64,000 nt of DNA from an uncultured Gammaproteobacteria bacterium (GTDB lineage: Bacteria; Patescibacteriota; Patescibacteriia; Magasanikbacterales; UBA922). The notes below the pieces were generated by a model, which was not told the DNA's origin, did not search any database, and was given only the letters and a program-made list of their open reading frames with translations. Position numbers and translations under genes: made by a program. Position 1 is the stretch's first letter; each line of letters begins with the position of its first letter. The stretch spans positions 20,790 through 84,789 of the forward strand of contig CAYJXK010000001.1 of NCBI GenBank assembly GCA_964374115.1, in the 5' to 3' direction. Shown here piece by piece: positions 1 to 10,093 of the stretch.

Positions 1-22
1 CGCATTTGGTCCCGCGCCTATT

Positions 23-3000
23 TTGAATACTTCCGGGAAACTTTCCATTTTCGGAAAAAATTTCAAACCGGCCGCGGCAGACCCCACGATTTATTTCTGG
101 AAGCAGGGAGCAGAGGCCAACACACTTTCCACCTGGCTGTCCGCGACCTTCAATACATGGGTTCCTACCGATCCTACCGTCCTTAGCGATGTGGTGCCTG
201 GATTTCAAGGTACCCAGGATCTTGCCCCATGGACCGATGGAGCGCTACAGACACTCATTCCGGTAGCGAGTTCTGCCAATGGAGGATATACAATGAAAAA
301 AGGGCCGATCCGTGTAAAAGGCGCGAATGGACAGGAGAGCAATAGCTTGAATTACGAGGTAGGCGCATGTTCCAAGGCAAGTACTGCGGAGAAAAATCTG
401 TATAATCAATCGTATCATTGCTGTACCGAAGGGGCAGACGCAGACCAATGGAAATTGAACGCGGTTGCCTGTGATGGCGAGGTGCGAGAAGCAGGATATG
501 TGTGGCGGTTTACCACGGGCAAAATTCCCGTGTACCCGGCGGTGATAGAAAATTGTGATATAAAAAATTGGAATGTTGCGGGCCAAACCCCTCCGTATCC
601 TTCTCCTATTCCATGGGAAGGGCATGATCCGAATACGCCTGCCTGTATCAACGGCACTGTGGCGGTGCGATTTACGAAAGGCATGGATCCAGACTCTTTA
701 AAAAACAAAATAAAAGTTTATACCTGCGGCACAGGCGATGCGATTGATTGTAATACTCCGATAGAAATTTTATTAACTAATTCTGAAGGCGTGGATGAAT
801 GGGAATATGTGTCCAGTTTACAGCTTCTCAAAATCATGAAGGGTGATGTCACCACAAACATCCTTACGCCGAATACTTGGTATCGCGTCGAACTGCTCAA
901 CGGCATTCTGTCGGCAAAAGAAGATCTCGGGCCGGGCAAGGAAGCATATCAGGCGCCGCTCGTGAAAGCCGACCCACTGCACTGCGAAGATCCTGTGAAT
1001 GGCAATAGCACTGTCTATTGTTATGAATTCAAGACAGGAGGACAAAGCTGTGTCTTGACGTCAGCCGGTATTCAGCCGCCCAATAAAACAGTGACGTATT
1101 TAGGGTATTTGTTGGAGCAAGCATACGAAAATGATCCGGTTCTGGAGCTCAAAGGCATATTTGACAAAACGCAGTTTATTGATCTCAACATGTTGTTTGT
1201 ATATCTTATCATGGGTCAATCGGACAAAGCGTGCAATGTGCTTGAAGTAAGCGGGATGGGCTGGAATTGGGCAACAAATTCAACGATACAGGCGACTGCA
1301 GAAAAACTTTCTGATGCAGGCACGAAGAAAAATGATGACAAAGCCCATGTGATCGCGCTCGAAAATACAGCGCCCGGCTTTGTGCAAATTCAGGCCAGCG
1401 CGCCATTTAAACTTCAAGAAAATCAGAATGTGGATGGGGCAGATACTGCGTCGAAGAGCCAAACGATCAATGCGGCGCCGGCTGACTTGACGATTGACTT
1501 GTCGAATCCGGGTGTATCGTATTTTGAACCAAACTGTGCCGAGGCCTGCGTGAATGGCGGCATTCTGGTGACATTTGACACGTACATGGACCAGTCCACG
1601 TATTCGCTTGGTTTTTATGTATTTGCCTGCGAAGACGCGGTCTGTGATACGCTCACAGACGTCACCAATCTTTTTGAACTTCCGGAAAATCTTCAGACGC
1701 CATTTACGCTCCGTGCGCTTTTGAAAAATAGCAATTTTCTCGCATCTGGAACATATTACAAAGTGAGCTTGAATGGTGAAAACGTCACAAAGACTGAAGT
1801 AACAGTCGGTAAAAAGCCAGGGTCTATCAACGGACAATTGGGCATCATGTCTGCCGGATCAAAAAAAGATTTGACAAAAGTAGGCAAACAGCTTCCACCC
1901 AAAGAATGGGTGTTCAAAACACAAAATAGCGCGACCCCGTGCGCGGTCGGGTCCCTTGACGTGAAACCAAATCCTTTTACCGCGAATATCATTGGAGAAA
2001 AGACCCTTTACGAAGTCCTGCCCAAGGCAAATCCCGGTGTGTGTAGCAAAGACGGACAGATTCTCAATAAATGGGATTATGGCTATTCGTGGAGCACAGC
2101 AGATGGCACTGTCGCGACAGTCACCAATTTTGGCACTCCAGGAATTTCGAAATCATATTGTTCCAATAGCTGTCTCCTGAATGGAAGCGATATACCCACA
2201 ACGATTGCATCATCTCTTTATCTTTGTGGGGATGGAAAACTCGATCCGGGTGAAGACTGCGACCCACCGGGAGAAAATAATTGTGAGGTGAATTGTGTGT
2301 ATACTTCGGGGAAACTCACAACCGAAGAACTCACCGGATCGCAGCCATATAGCGCATTTGATCCGAATCTTGTTGGCGCGTCGTGGTGTGGCGATGGATT
2401 TGTGACCAAAGGCGAAGCTTGTGATAGCGCGATTTCACTTGCGCAAGCCGGGGGTCAGCCGGGAAAATCGAATATTGGCTGTTCAAATAATTGTTTACAT
2501 ACCGGAAGCGTGGTGCAATCATTCGCGTGCGAGGTTTTGGGAGATCCCGCTACCTTGTGTGCCAATGCTGTCAGTGTCTGCGGCAATAAAGAGCTCGAGA
2601 TTGGAGAAGGATGTGAAGTAGTGTCAGATGGAGGAGCAGTCATATATCGGACGTTTACCGGACCGACAGATACTATCGGCGAAGAGGCTACAGTAACCGT
2701 GAGCAACGCAAACACACTCTGCAATGCGAGCTGTCTGCTCACAAATGTCTGCGGCACCGCACTCGCGGAATGCGTCAAAGATACTTCCGGATGTTCGTCG
2801 AGTTGTCGTTTCAATGGCTCTACTTTGCTTGCATCAGTTCCGTCCCTGTGTGGAGACACCATCGTCGGCATCGGCGAATATCCTGCCTGTGAAGTGGCGG
2901 AGAGTCCAACAGATCTACCAGGAAATAATCCGCTTCAGATTGTGACCGCAGAAGGCAATGGGATAGTGAATTCCGAGACAAAGAAGCAAAATACATTCAT

Positions 3001-6000
3001 CAACGTGGCGCTTGATACGTGGTATACCAGCACGACCAAGGCAACGGTGCCGCCAGGGCAAGGGGCGTACGCGCTCCAATGCGGATATACCGAATTTGTG
3101 TCCCCCTCAGCCTCCACTGGAGAATACAACGATTGCCCAAACAATCCGGATAATGTGTTTGGCGTCGGCACGAATTCGTGTTGTCTCAATCGGCCGGTAC
3201 GAACTGACGAATATCCAATGGATGGCGCGGGGTTTTCTGGAAGCGACTCTCCGAATCCTGTGTGTCGCAATACCGCGATCAAAGTGACATTCAATGGGGA
3301 GATTGATGAATCATCATTGACGCAACCAGGCAATTTTGTTGTGGTGGATGGCCACCCAAATGGGTTTGCGTGTGAGAGCATCGGAGAAAAAAATGTGTCG
3401 GATCTTGTTTCCTCGCTTCTTGCTTACCAAGGAGGACTCGAGGGAGACGCGGGATTCTTCGCGCGAGTCTGGCAATGGATCAAAGGGTTTTTTGTCCGCA
3501 TTTTTGGCGGCAATGTGTTTGCTTCAGCGTACAAAACACAGGTAACAAGTCTTTCGGTCTGGTGCAGTGGCAGTGTGGCCGCTCTGCCAGAGATCACAAA
3601 AACAACAGATGCGTCTAACGCGGTGACTCAAACGACTGTGAGTATTGCTATAAACAAAACACTCGCCCCGAGTACGGTCTATGGAGTCGTATTGAATGGA
3701 GACATTGGCGGAATTGCCAATACGAGCGGTGTTCTTATCAAGAGTCCAGACAGTTCTTCGCGCGATGATATCTGGCTTTTTGAGACAGGGGATGATATTT
3801 GTAAAATCAAAGACGTGACCGTGGATCCATCGAGTTATCTCTTTACGAAACCAGACGCGATATCGAGCTTTTTTGCTGAAGTCCATTCACAAAATGAACA
3901 ACTGATCCAATCAACCGCCGGATATAGTTGGGAATGGTCGTGGGGGCCACACAATGATCCACTCTTTACGATTCCTGACACGAGTAATCCATCATACCCG
4001 CTCGAATCGTCTGATCATATTATGATTAGTTCCAACAATCTCGAGGGACACGCGACAGGATTTGCCAATGCCACTGTGACGGAAGATATTGACGCGGTCA
4101 ATAATCATAAAGGAAAAATTTTTTCTGGCACCACCGAACTGTACGCGCAATTTTGTGAAAAACCATGGCCAGCGCTCGAATCAGACGGGAGTTGGAGTCC
4201 ATGGATTCAAGAGACATATCAGATGAGTATGTGGTATTGTTCGGATGCCGGAGTCGGGGGAGTGGTATCGGATGATCTGCCCTATCTTGTCGAAGTTCCG
4301 CCTGAGTCTATCGCCGATCCATTGTCTCTCAAAAAGTATTTATTTTTCAATCAACAAAATACCGATGTGATCGGGTTGCAAGTATTCGCGAATCCTGATC
4401 GGCTTTCGCCACTCGCGTGGTTGCAAAAAAAGAAAGGGTTTGCCGTCACCGGATTTCAATCGCTTGATATCGATGGCTATGAGGCGATCACTGATGGAGA
4501 AAATTATTATATCAACGCGCTGAATAAATCTGGCACTGTTTGGTTTACCAATATCTATCTCCTCAGTATCAATGATGGAGCGCAATCGTCCACGAAAACA
4601 GTATTTGACTCGCTCATCAATTCTTTGGAGTTTAATTTGAATATCCCCGAGGTGCCGTATTGCGGCGCTACCATGTTGGATCCGGATGTGACAGAAAGCA
4701 AAGGTTGTGAAAGCGATCTCGAGTGTGTGGGGAAGCAAAAAACAGAAACACTCAAGGAGCAAAAAAATGGCGTTTGTTCTGTGGGAAGCGATGGAACGTG
4801 GCAAGAAATACTTGTCGGGTCTAATGAGACCTTACAGGATATCCATATCATCGGCGACAAGATATGGATAGCGGGGGATGCGCTCACCATGATGTATTCT
4901 GGGGATAGTGGAAAAAATTGGACAAAGCAGTCTGTGCCTGGGGAAAATATCGCCGGACTTTCCGGGTTGGATTTTGTTGACGAAAATAATGGATGGGCGG
5001 TCGGAAGCAGCGGTTTTATTGTTCAGACAAAGAAGGGAGGCGCTGTCTGGGAAACACTCACGAAAATTCCACCCAATACGCCAACACTCAACGCGATTGA
5101 TATGGCGAATGCGACAGAAGGATGGGCGGTGGGGTATACCGGAACCATCCTCAAGACGACTAATGGATCAACATGGAAAAAACAGACATCCGGCGTGACA
5201 AACCGGCTCAATGATGTCATATTTATCTCCCCGACGATTGGCTGGGTCGTGGGAGGAAGCGGAACAATTCTCAAGACCATCAATGGAGGGGCAGAGTGGA
5301 ACAAACAAACAAGCGGCACGACAGAGAATATATATGGGATATTTTTCCTTGATGAAAATAACGGATGGGCCGTAGGAAGCAACGGTATGATTTTACAGAC
5401 GACGAATGGAGGTACAGCGTGGTCGATAAAAAATACTCTCGAAGAAGGGAAAGTGAATTCGAATATGGTATTCAATGACGTTGTGTTCCAGAATGCGAAT
5501 ACTGGCTGGGTCGTGGGCGGATTTGGAAAAAATTCAATAGGGCTATCCACAAACAATGGCGGCCAAACGTGGAAACAATTTTCTCTTTCACCACCCAACA
5601 CCACGAATAATGATCTGTTGGATATCGCGCTCACAACCGATGGCGTATGGACCGTGGGAGAATCAGGGCTCGTCTTTACCACGGCAAATCTTGTTTCATG
5701 TTCGTCGAACGCGGCCTGTGTCTCGCCCAACACCTGCGTGGACTATCAGACCGAAGAAAAGAAAACAACGGATTTGTCTGTCTGCGGCAACGCGCGGACA
5801 AAATTGAAACGAGATTGGAAACGTGTCAATCATATTCGTCTCACGCAACAGATCTTCGCGTCATATTTCGGACAGAACGATTCCTATCCAGATCTGAAAT
5901 CCGGCACATTTATTCCTTTTTATACCAATTCACGCTGGCCATCATGGGGGTATCTTGGGACGCAGATCAAAACACCGTTGCCGCTCGACCCGCTCAATCA

Positions 6001-9000
6001 TTGGTCTGATTGCGAGCCTTCGGATAAACAAACCTGTTGGGATGAAAAAACGAGTCTGTTTTACTGTCCGGCATACACGAGTATCTATGAATATACATAC
6101 AATCAGCCTGATTCATCATATCTTCTTCATGTGCCGATGGAATTTTTTGTTCAAGCGGATCTTGATCAATTTTCTTCGTTTACCGGTGTCGGCGGCGGGA
6201 ATTTTGATAGTGGATATGGAAATATAGACGGGAAAGTCGGGGTGACATCAGGCGATTCATCTTGTATGGCGCAAGTCATTTTGAGCCAATCGACCCCGTC
6301 AGCGCCGCCCGCATGTTTGAATGGATCAATCGCTAAAGCGGATCTTAATTGCGATGGGACTATAACCTCGGTAGATCAAGCGATCGTTGTCGCGCTTGCG
6401 ACGAACATTCCTTTGAATCAAGCAGTTGACAAAAATACAAATAATGTCGCGGATGCCTGTGAAAAACAAAATTTTTATACGCTTATTCCGACTTGTCAAG
6501 GACAGACGCAGAGTCCTTTTGCCGGCAGTTGCGGAGATGGCAATGTGAATTTGGGAGAGAGTTGCGATCCGCCAAACAAAACACAGGTGTATGGATCTTG
6601 CGGCAAAGGGACATATACTATTGGCACCTGTAATACTGAGTGCAAAGAGACGATACAATGCACTTCTCTTGCCTCATGTGGCAATGCGAAAGTAGAAATA
6701 GGAGAAGATTGCGATTTTGGCTCGAAGAAGAATGGAACCTATGGCACCAATTGCTCTGCGTCATGCACGTATTCTGCGACAGTGGCATCGTGTGGCGATG
6801 GTGCAATCCAGGCGCCGATTGAGTATTGTGAAAAGGTCAGCGATATACAGGCGGTCGTGCAAGTGACAGACGCAAAGAACATACAGAAGTATGGGCATCT
6901 GAGCTGTACGCCGTTTTTGGCGACATTTGTGAATGAATATATATCCAAAGAGTTGTGTTCTGGAGACAATGCTTGTGTCCTTGGCACTGTGTTGAGTTTT
7001 GCTCCGCTTGTCAAAACAGCTTCTCTTTGCGCGAGCGCGACAGGTTATTGTTCCGGCAACAAACAACTGTTATGTGCTGAAGATGCCGACTGCTCGAAGG
7101 GTCCGATCTCTATAAATCCTGTGATAAAAATAACCAAGAACAACGTTGCGACGATCCTTGATGGAACTGTATTAACATCCTCCGTGAGCTCTTATGGCAC
7201 ATGTGTGAAGAACAAGGCATATGGCGCTTCGTATAATTTTTACAAGAAAAATACCTGTTCCTGGGATTGCACCACTAATGGCGGATATTGTGGCGATGGG
7301 ATCGCGCAACCGCCGTCCGAGATCTGTGATGATGGGAATACGACTGATTTTGATGGGTGCTCGAGCGTCTGTCTCAAAGAAAATATCGCGTGCAAGAGTC
7401 TGAATCCCAACATAATCGTGGATGCAACGGCAAAAACAACACAAATCGTCCTTGGCAAAGGGAATTATAACACTTTGAATAATTTTCAAGGCGAACCTCT
7501 GGGCGCGTGCGTAACCAATACCACAGGCGATGATATCTGTCGCGCGTACGGATTGGCGTGTAAAACGATGATGAACGCAAATACAGCAAACGCATCAAAC
7601 TGTAATCAAAATCTATCAGACAGTCCGTCAGCTCAAAATCAATCCACAAATGCCAAATCTGCTCTGTGTTATGGAATCTACAACGGCCCCATCGCGCTTC
7701 CTCCCTCAAGCGGGACATGCGGGAATAAGACTATTGATGCGGATAAAGGAGAAACATGCGATCTCGGGGATCAAAATGGCATCGCGTGTTCCCCGGAGTA
7801 TGGCAAATCCTGCACGTATTGTGCCGACGATTGTTCGACAACGCTCACGGTGGATCCAATTGCCTATTGTGGAAATAAAATAGTAGAATCCGAAAGTGGG
7901 GAAAAATGTGATATTGATGGAACAAATGTGGTCATAAAAAAGCAACAAAATAGTCAAGTCCTGGACTACTCGTGCGCGGATGTCTTCCAAGAAGACGGCG
8001 ATCAGACCACCGATCCACAATATGCCAAAGGAAAAACGAGCTGTGACAATCAGTGCACCCTGTTCAATAAGACACAATGTATTCTCTGCGGAGAAAAACA
8101 AGGGGGACATGTGCCGGAATTGGCGCTTATGAATGTGATGGTGGGGGACAATGTAGCAGGCGACGGTGGATGGAAGAATGATAAGAAAAAAATTCTGTAT
8201 AAAGCAAACAACGCGGGGGTAACAGCTAACATTGCAGAAGACATGAGTATCGGAGACGCATTTATGAAGTATAGTCCATGGGTCGGGGATGACAATTGGA
8301 AGAAATACAAAGGCATCGAAAGCAATGCGGCATGTTTCGCGTCATATAAAGTACGTTTTTCCACTGCTGGATCAGAAACGTACGCCAGTGATTATTTCGA
8401 CTACCCGCTTACCGTGTTTGGAAACACCGTGCGCAATGATTACGCGCTTTCTCCCGCCGTACCACCCGGATACGCGCGCGTTGTGCTCCGATGGGCCTCA
8501 ACAGATGGCGACTACACCATGCTTGGAAATCTTTTCAATCCATTATTCCAAAATGAAGATGGTACTGTTCAGGGAGGGACAGCCCCACTTTCCTACTTAG
8601 AAGCGAAGAAAGATAACAAGATATGCGATGCAATCGAGACAGAAACAATCAGTGGTCATACCTTCTGGACACCGAAGAGTTGCGGATCTTACACATATGG
8701 CGTTAAGCCCAAGAGTGTTTATGTTCATCCATTTGGAAAAACGCCAAATCTACGCGCGCAAGCGTTTACAGTCAAAGTGGCTGATCTTGCCAACGGAGAC
8801 AAAATCGCGTTTTTTGTGCAGGATCTCCAAAAACCAAAAGGGATTCAGGGTGATGTGTTGAGTCCTACGATCAAGGCCGATGTGTATCTGCCAAAAGGTA
8901 ATTTTACTAATCAAACAGAAAATAGCACGAAATTGACCACGTATCTCCCCACAAAAACATTCGCCATCACAGAGTCAGCAGGAACAAGCTCGAACGCGAG

Positions 9001-9115
9001 CGCCTCATATTGGTATGCCTTTAATATTGTCAAAAAGAGTGATACCATCAGTATTGAACCAGTACAGAAGATTGTTACGGATTTTGAGGGGATACTCACA
9101 GAGTATGCAAATTAA
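23..9115 (+). CDS. Giant secreted or surface multi-repeat protein (>3030 aa). Contains Myxococcus-type Cys-rich repeats, an Asp-box (BNR) beta-propeller and a dockerin-like repeat. The 5' end is probably truncated by the window edge.
   Basis: One uninterrupted 9.1-kb ORF with no in-frame stop back to nt 2, so it likely continues upstream. Many CGDGx5-8(E/D)xCD(D/P)G...C motifs (e.g. CGDGKLDPGEDCDPPGENNCEVNC, CGDGIAQPPSEICDDGNTTDFDGCSSVC). About seven SxDxGxxW / TTNGGxTW propeller blades sit around aa 1620-1900. A dockerin-like ADLNCDGTITSVDQAIV segment is present. Confidence 0.8.
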   Translation: MNTSGKLSIFGKNFKPAAADPTIYFWKQGAEANTLSTWLSATFNTWVPTDPTVLSDVVPGFQGTQDLAPWTDGALQTLIPVASSANGGYTMKKGPIRVKGANGQESNSLNYEVGACSKASTAEKNLYNQSYHCCTEGADADQWKLNAVACDGEVREAGYVWRFTTGKIPVYPAVIENCDIKNWNVAGQTPPYPSPIPWEGHDPNTPACINGTVAVRFTKGMDPDSLKNKIKVYTCGTGDAIDCNTPIEILLTNSEGVDEWEYVSSLQLLKIMKGDVTTNILTPNTWYRVELLNGILSAKEDLGPGKEAYQAPLVKADPLHCEDPVNGNSTVYCYEFKTGGQSCVLTSAGIQPPNKTVTYLGYLLEQAYENDPVLELKGIFDKTQFIDLNMLFVYLIMGQSDKACNVLEVSGMGWNWATNSTIQATAEKLSDAGTKKNDDKAHVIALENTAPGFVQIQASAPFKLQENQNVDGADTASKSQTINAAPADLTIDLSNPGVSYFEPNCAEACVNGGILVTFDTYMDQSTYSLGFYVFACEDAVCDTLTDVTNLFELPENLQTPFTLRALLKNSNFLASGTYYKVSLNGENVTKTEVTVGKKPGSINGQLGIMSAGSKKDLTKVGKQLPPKEWVFKTQNSATPCAVGSLDVKPNPFTANIIGEKTLYEVLPKANPGVCSKDGQILNKWDYGYSWSTADGTVATVTNFGTPGISKSYCSNSCLLNGSDIPTTIASSLYLCGDGKLDPGEDCDPPGENNCEVNCVYTSGKLTTEELTGSQPYSAFDPNLVGASWCGDGFVTKGEACDSAISLAQAGGQPGKSNIGCSNNCLHTGSVVQSFACEVLGDPATLCANAVSVCGNKELEIGEGCEVVSDGGAVIYRTFTGPTDTIGEEATVTVSNANTLCNASCLLTNVCGTALAECVKDTSGCSSSCRFNGSTLLASVPSLCGDTIVGIGEYPACEVAESPTDLPGNNPLQIVTAEGNGIVNSETKKQNTFINVALDTWYTSTTKATVPPGQGAYALQCGYTEFVSPSASTGEYNDCPNNPDNVFGVGTNSCCLNRPVRTDEYPMDGAGFSGSDSPNPVCRNTAIKVTFNGEIDESSLTQPGNFVVVDGHPNGFACESIGEKNVSDLVSSLLAYQGGLEGDAGFFARVWQWIKGFFVRIFGGNVFASAYKTQVTSLSVWCSGSVAALPEITKTTDASNAVTQTTVSIAINKTLAPSTVYGVVLNGDIGGIANTSGVLIKSPDSSSRDDIWLFETGDDICKIKDVTVDPSSYLFTKPDAISSFFAEVHSQNEQLIQSTAGYSWEWSWGPHNDPLFTIPDTSNPSYPLESSDHIMISSNNLEGHATGFANATVTEDIDAVNNHKGKIFSGTTELYAQFCEKPWPALESDGSWSPWIQETYQMSMWYCSDAGVGGVVSDDLPYLVEVPPESIADPLSLKKYLFFNQQNTDVIGLQVFANPDRLSPLAWLQKKKGFAVTGFQSLDIDGYEAITDGENYYINALNKSGTVWFTNIYLLSINDGAQSSTKTVFDSLINSLEFNLNIPEVPYCGATMLDPDVTESKGCESDLECVGKQKTETLKEQKNGVCSVGSDGTWQEILVGSNETLQDIHIIGDKIWIAGDALTMMYSGDSGKNWTKQSVPGENIAGLSGLDFVDENNGWAVGSSGFIVQTKKGGAVWETLTKIPPNTPTLNAIDMANATEGWAVGYTGTILKTTNGSTWKKQTSGVTNRLNDVIFISPTIGWVVGGSGTILKTINGGAEWNKQTSGTTENIYGIFFLDENNGWAVGSNGMILQTTNGGTAWSIKNTLEEGKVNSNMVFNDVVFQNANTGWVVGGFGKNSIGLSTNNGGQTWKQFSLSPPNTTNNDLLDIALTTDGVWTVGESGLVFTTANLVSCSSNAACVSPNTCVDYQTEEKKTTDLSVCGNARTKLKRDWKRVNHIRLTQQIFASYFGQNDSYPDLKSGTFIPFYTNSRWPSWGYLGTQIKTPLPLDPLNHWSDCEPSDKQTCWDEKTSLFYCPAYTSIYEYTYNQPDSSYLLHVPMEFFVQADLDQFSSFTGVGGGNFDSGYGNIDGKVGVTSGDSSCMAQVILSQSTPSAPPACLNGSIAKADLNCDGTITSVDQAIVVALATNIPLNQAVDKNTNNVADACEKQNFYTLIPTCQGQTQSPFAGSCGDGNVNLGESCDPPNKTQVYGSCGKGTYTIGTCNTECKETIQCTSLASCGNAKVEIGEDCDFGSKKNGTYGTNCSASCTYSATVASCGDGAIQAPIEYCEKVSDIQAVVQVTDAKNIQKYGHLSCTPFLATFVNEYISKELCSGDNACVLGTVLSFAPLVKTASLCASATGYCSGNKQLLCAEDADCSKGPISINPVIKITKNNVATILDGTVLTSSVSSYGTCVKNKAYGASYNFYKKNTCSWDCTTNGGYCGDGIAQPPSEICDDGNTTDFDGCSSVCLKENIACKSLNPNIIVDATAKTTQIVLGKGNYNTLNNFQGEPLGACVTNTTGDDICRAYGLACKTMMNANTANASNCNQNLSDSPSAQNQSTNAKSALCYGIYNGPIALPPSSGTCGNKTIDADKGETCDLGDQNGIACSPEYGKSCTYCADDCSTTLTVDPIAYCGNKIVESESGEKCDIDGTNVVIKKQQNSQVLDYSCADVFQEDGDQTTDPQYAKGKTSCDNQCTLFNKTQCILCGEKQGGHVPELALMNVMVGDNVAGDGGWKNDKKKILYKANNAGVTANIAEDMSIGDAFMKYSPWVGDDNWKKYKGIESNAACFASYKVRFSTAGSETYASDYFDYPLTVFGNTVRNDYALSPAVPPGYARVVLRWASTDGDYTMLGNLFNPLFQNEDGTVQGGTAPLSYLEAKKDNKICDAIETETISGHTFWTPKSCGSYTYGVKPKSVYVHPFGKTPNLRAQAFTVKVADLANGDKIAFFVQDLQKPKGIQGDVLSPTIKADVYLPKGNFTNQTENSTKLTTYLPTKTFAITESAGTSSNASASYWYAFNIVKKSDTISIEPVQKIVTDFEGILTEYAN

Positions 9116-9199
9116 AATCACGCAGAAGTCGGGACTCCATAATTTTAGACTGTACTGGTTTCATATGACTATCAACCGTGACTCTAAATTTTTCATTAT

Positions 9200-9976
9200 A
9201 TGTTTGACGATACCCCTCAAAAACCCGGAAACATTCCTGTGAATCTTCCATTCATAGAGCCAGAAGATATTTTTTCTTCTGTCGAAGAAGCATCCTCTCC
9301 TGTATTAGAAGCAGGACTGGAGCAGGCAGTTGTCTCACAGCAAGAAGAAGCGCCATCCGCGCTCGAGGCGGGGATCCTTCGACCAAAAGTGACGGCAGAA
9401 ACAGCGCCTCCTCTCACCATGGATGCGCCATCTCGAGACCCTCGGCCATACACGCCTCCACCTACTGAAGATATGTTTCGAGAGACCGAACCCGCTCGCA
9501 CGTTGGGAACACCCAAAATGAGAGGGCCGTTTCTTTCTCGTGGCCTTATTGGAATTGGGATCGGCGTTATTGCGTTCGCGATTATTGGAGTGGGAGGTTG
9601 GCTGGTCTATCGCAACATGACAGAAGGCGGCGGTGACTCCAAAGATTTCGATACTCCAAGTCTACCTCAAGAGACCAATAGTTTGAGCGCGCCCTCGACA
9701 GAAGCGGCGATTGACAACAAAGTATTGTTTGGCGATGTGGTTGATTCAGATGAAGATGGCATAGATGATGTGGAAGAGAAACAACGGGGGACTGACCCGC
9801 TCCACTGGGATAGTGATCGGGATGAACTTTCGGATGGTGATGAATTGCTCATTTGGAAGACCAATCCATTGAATCCAGATACAGATGGAGATACATTCAA
9901 AGATGGTCTCGAAGTGCGCTCTGGCTATAGTCCAAGCGGGCCAGGGAAGTTTTCTACTGTCCCGAAGAAACCGTAG
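9200..9976 (+). CDS. Single-pass membrane protein with thrombospondin-type-3-like (DxDxDG) calcium-binding repeats.
   Basis: Pro/Ala-rich N-terminus, one TM helix (GLIGIGIGVIAFAIIGVGGWLVY), then DSDEDGIDDVEEKQRGTDPLHWDSDRDELSDGDELLIW and NPLNPDTDGDTFKDGLEV. Confidence 0.6.
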   Translation: MFDDTPQKPGNIPVNLPFIEPEDIFSSVEEASSPVLEAGLEQAVVSQQEEAPSALEAGILRPKVTAETAPPLTMDAPSRDPRPYTPPPTEDMFRETEPARTLGTPKMRGPFLSRGLIGIGIGVIAFAIIGVGGWLVYRNMTEGGGDSKDFDTPSLPQETNSLSAPSTEAAIDNKVLFGDVVDSDEDGIDDVEEKQRGTDPLHWDSDRDELSDGDELLIWKTNPLNPDTDGDTFKDGLEVRSGYSPSGPGKFSTVPKKP

Positions 9977-10051
9977 TCAAACCCTCCAACCGCAAACCAA
10001 CAAAACGGGTTTGACACCTTGCTCACACAGTCCTCACGAGAAAAAAGAGAA

Positions 10052-10079
10052 GTGAACGCCTCTTTGAGAGGCAAACGCG
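10052..10079 (+). promoter_or_regulatory. Conserved 28-nt hairpin motif GTGAACGCCTCTtTGAGAGGCAaACGCG, 14 nt upstream of the TSP3-repeat membrane protein ATG. A second copy lies at 15714..15741.
   Basis: 26/28 identity with the copy upstream of htrA. Core perfect hairpin GCCTCT-nTG-AGAGGC. Confidence 0.5.
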
Positions 10080-10093
10080 TACGTCCTACATAT

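Noticed and set aside
5023-5733. 236-aa minus-strand ORF inside the giant gene. Several similar antisense ORFs lie at 1280..1837, 2935..3381 and 4340..4804.
   Set aside because: They are embedded in a continuous 9-kb coding frame with strong domain repeats on the plus strand. No independent support.
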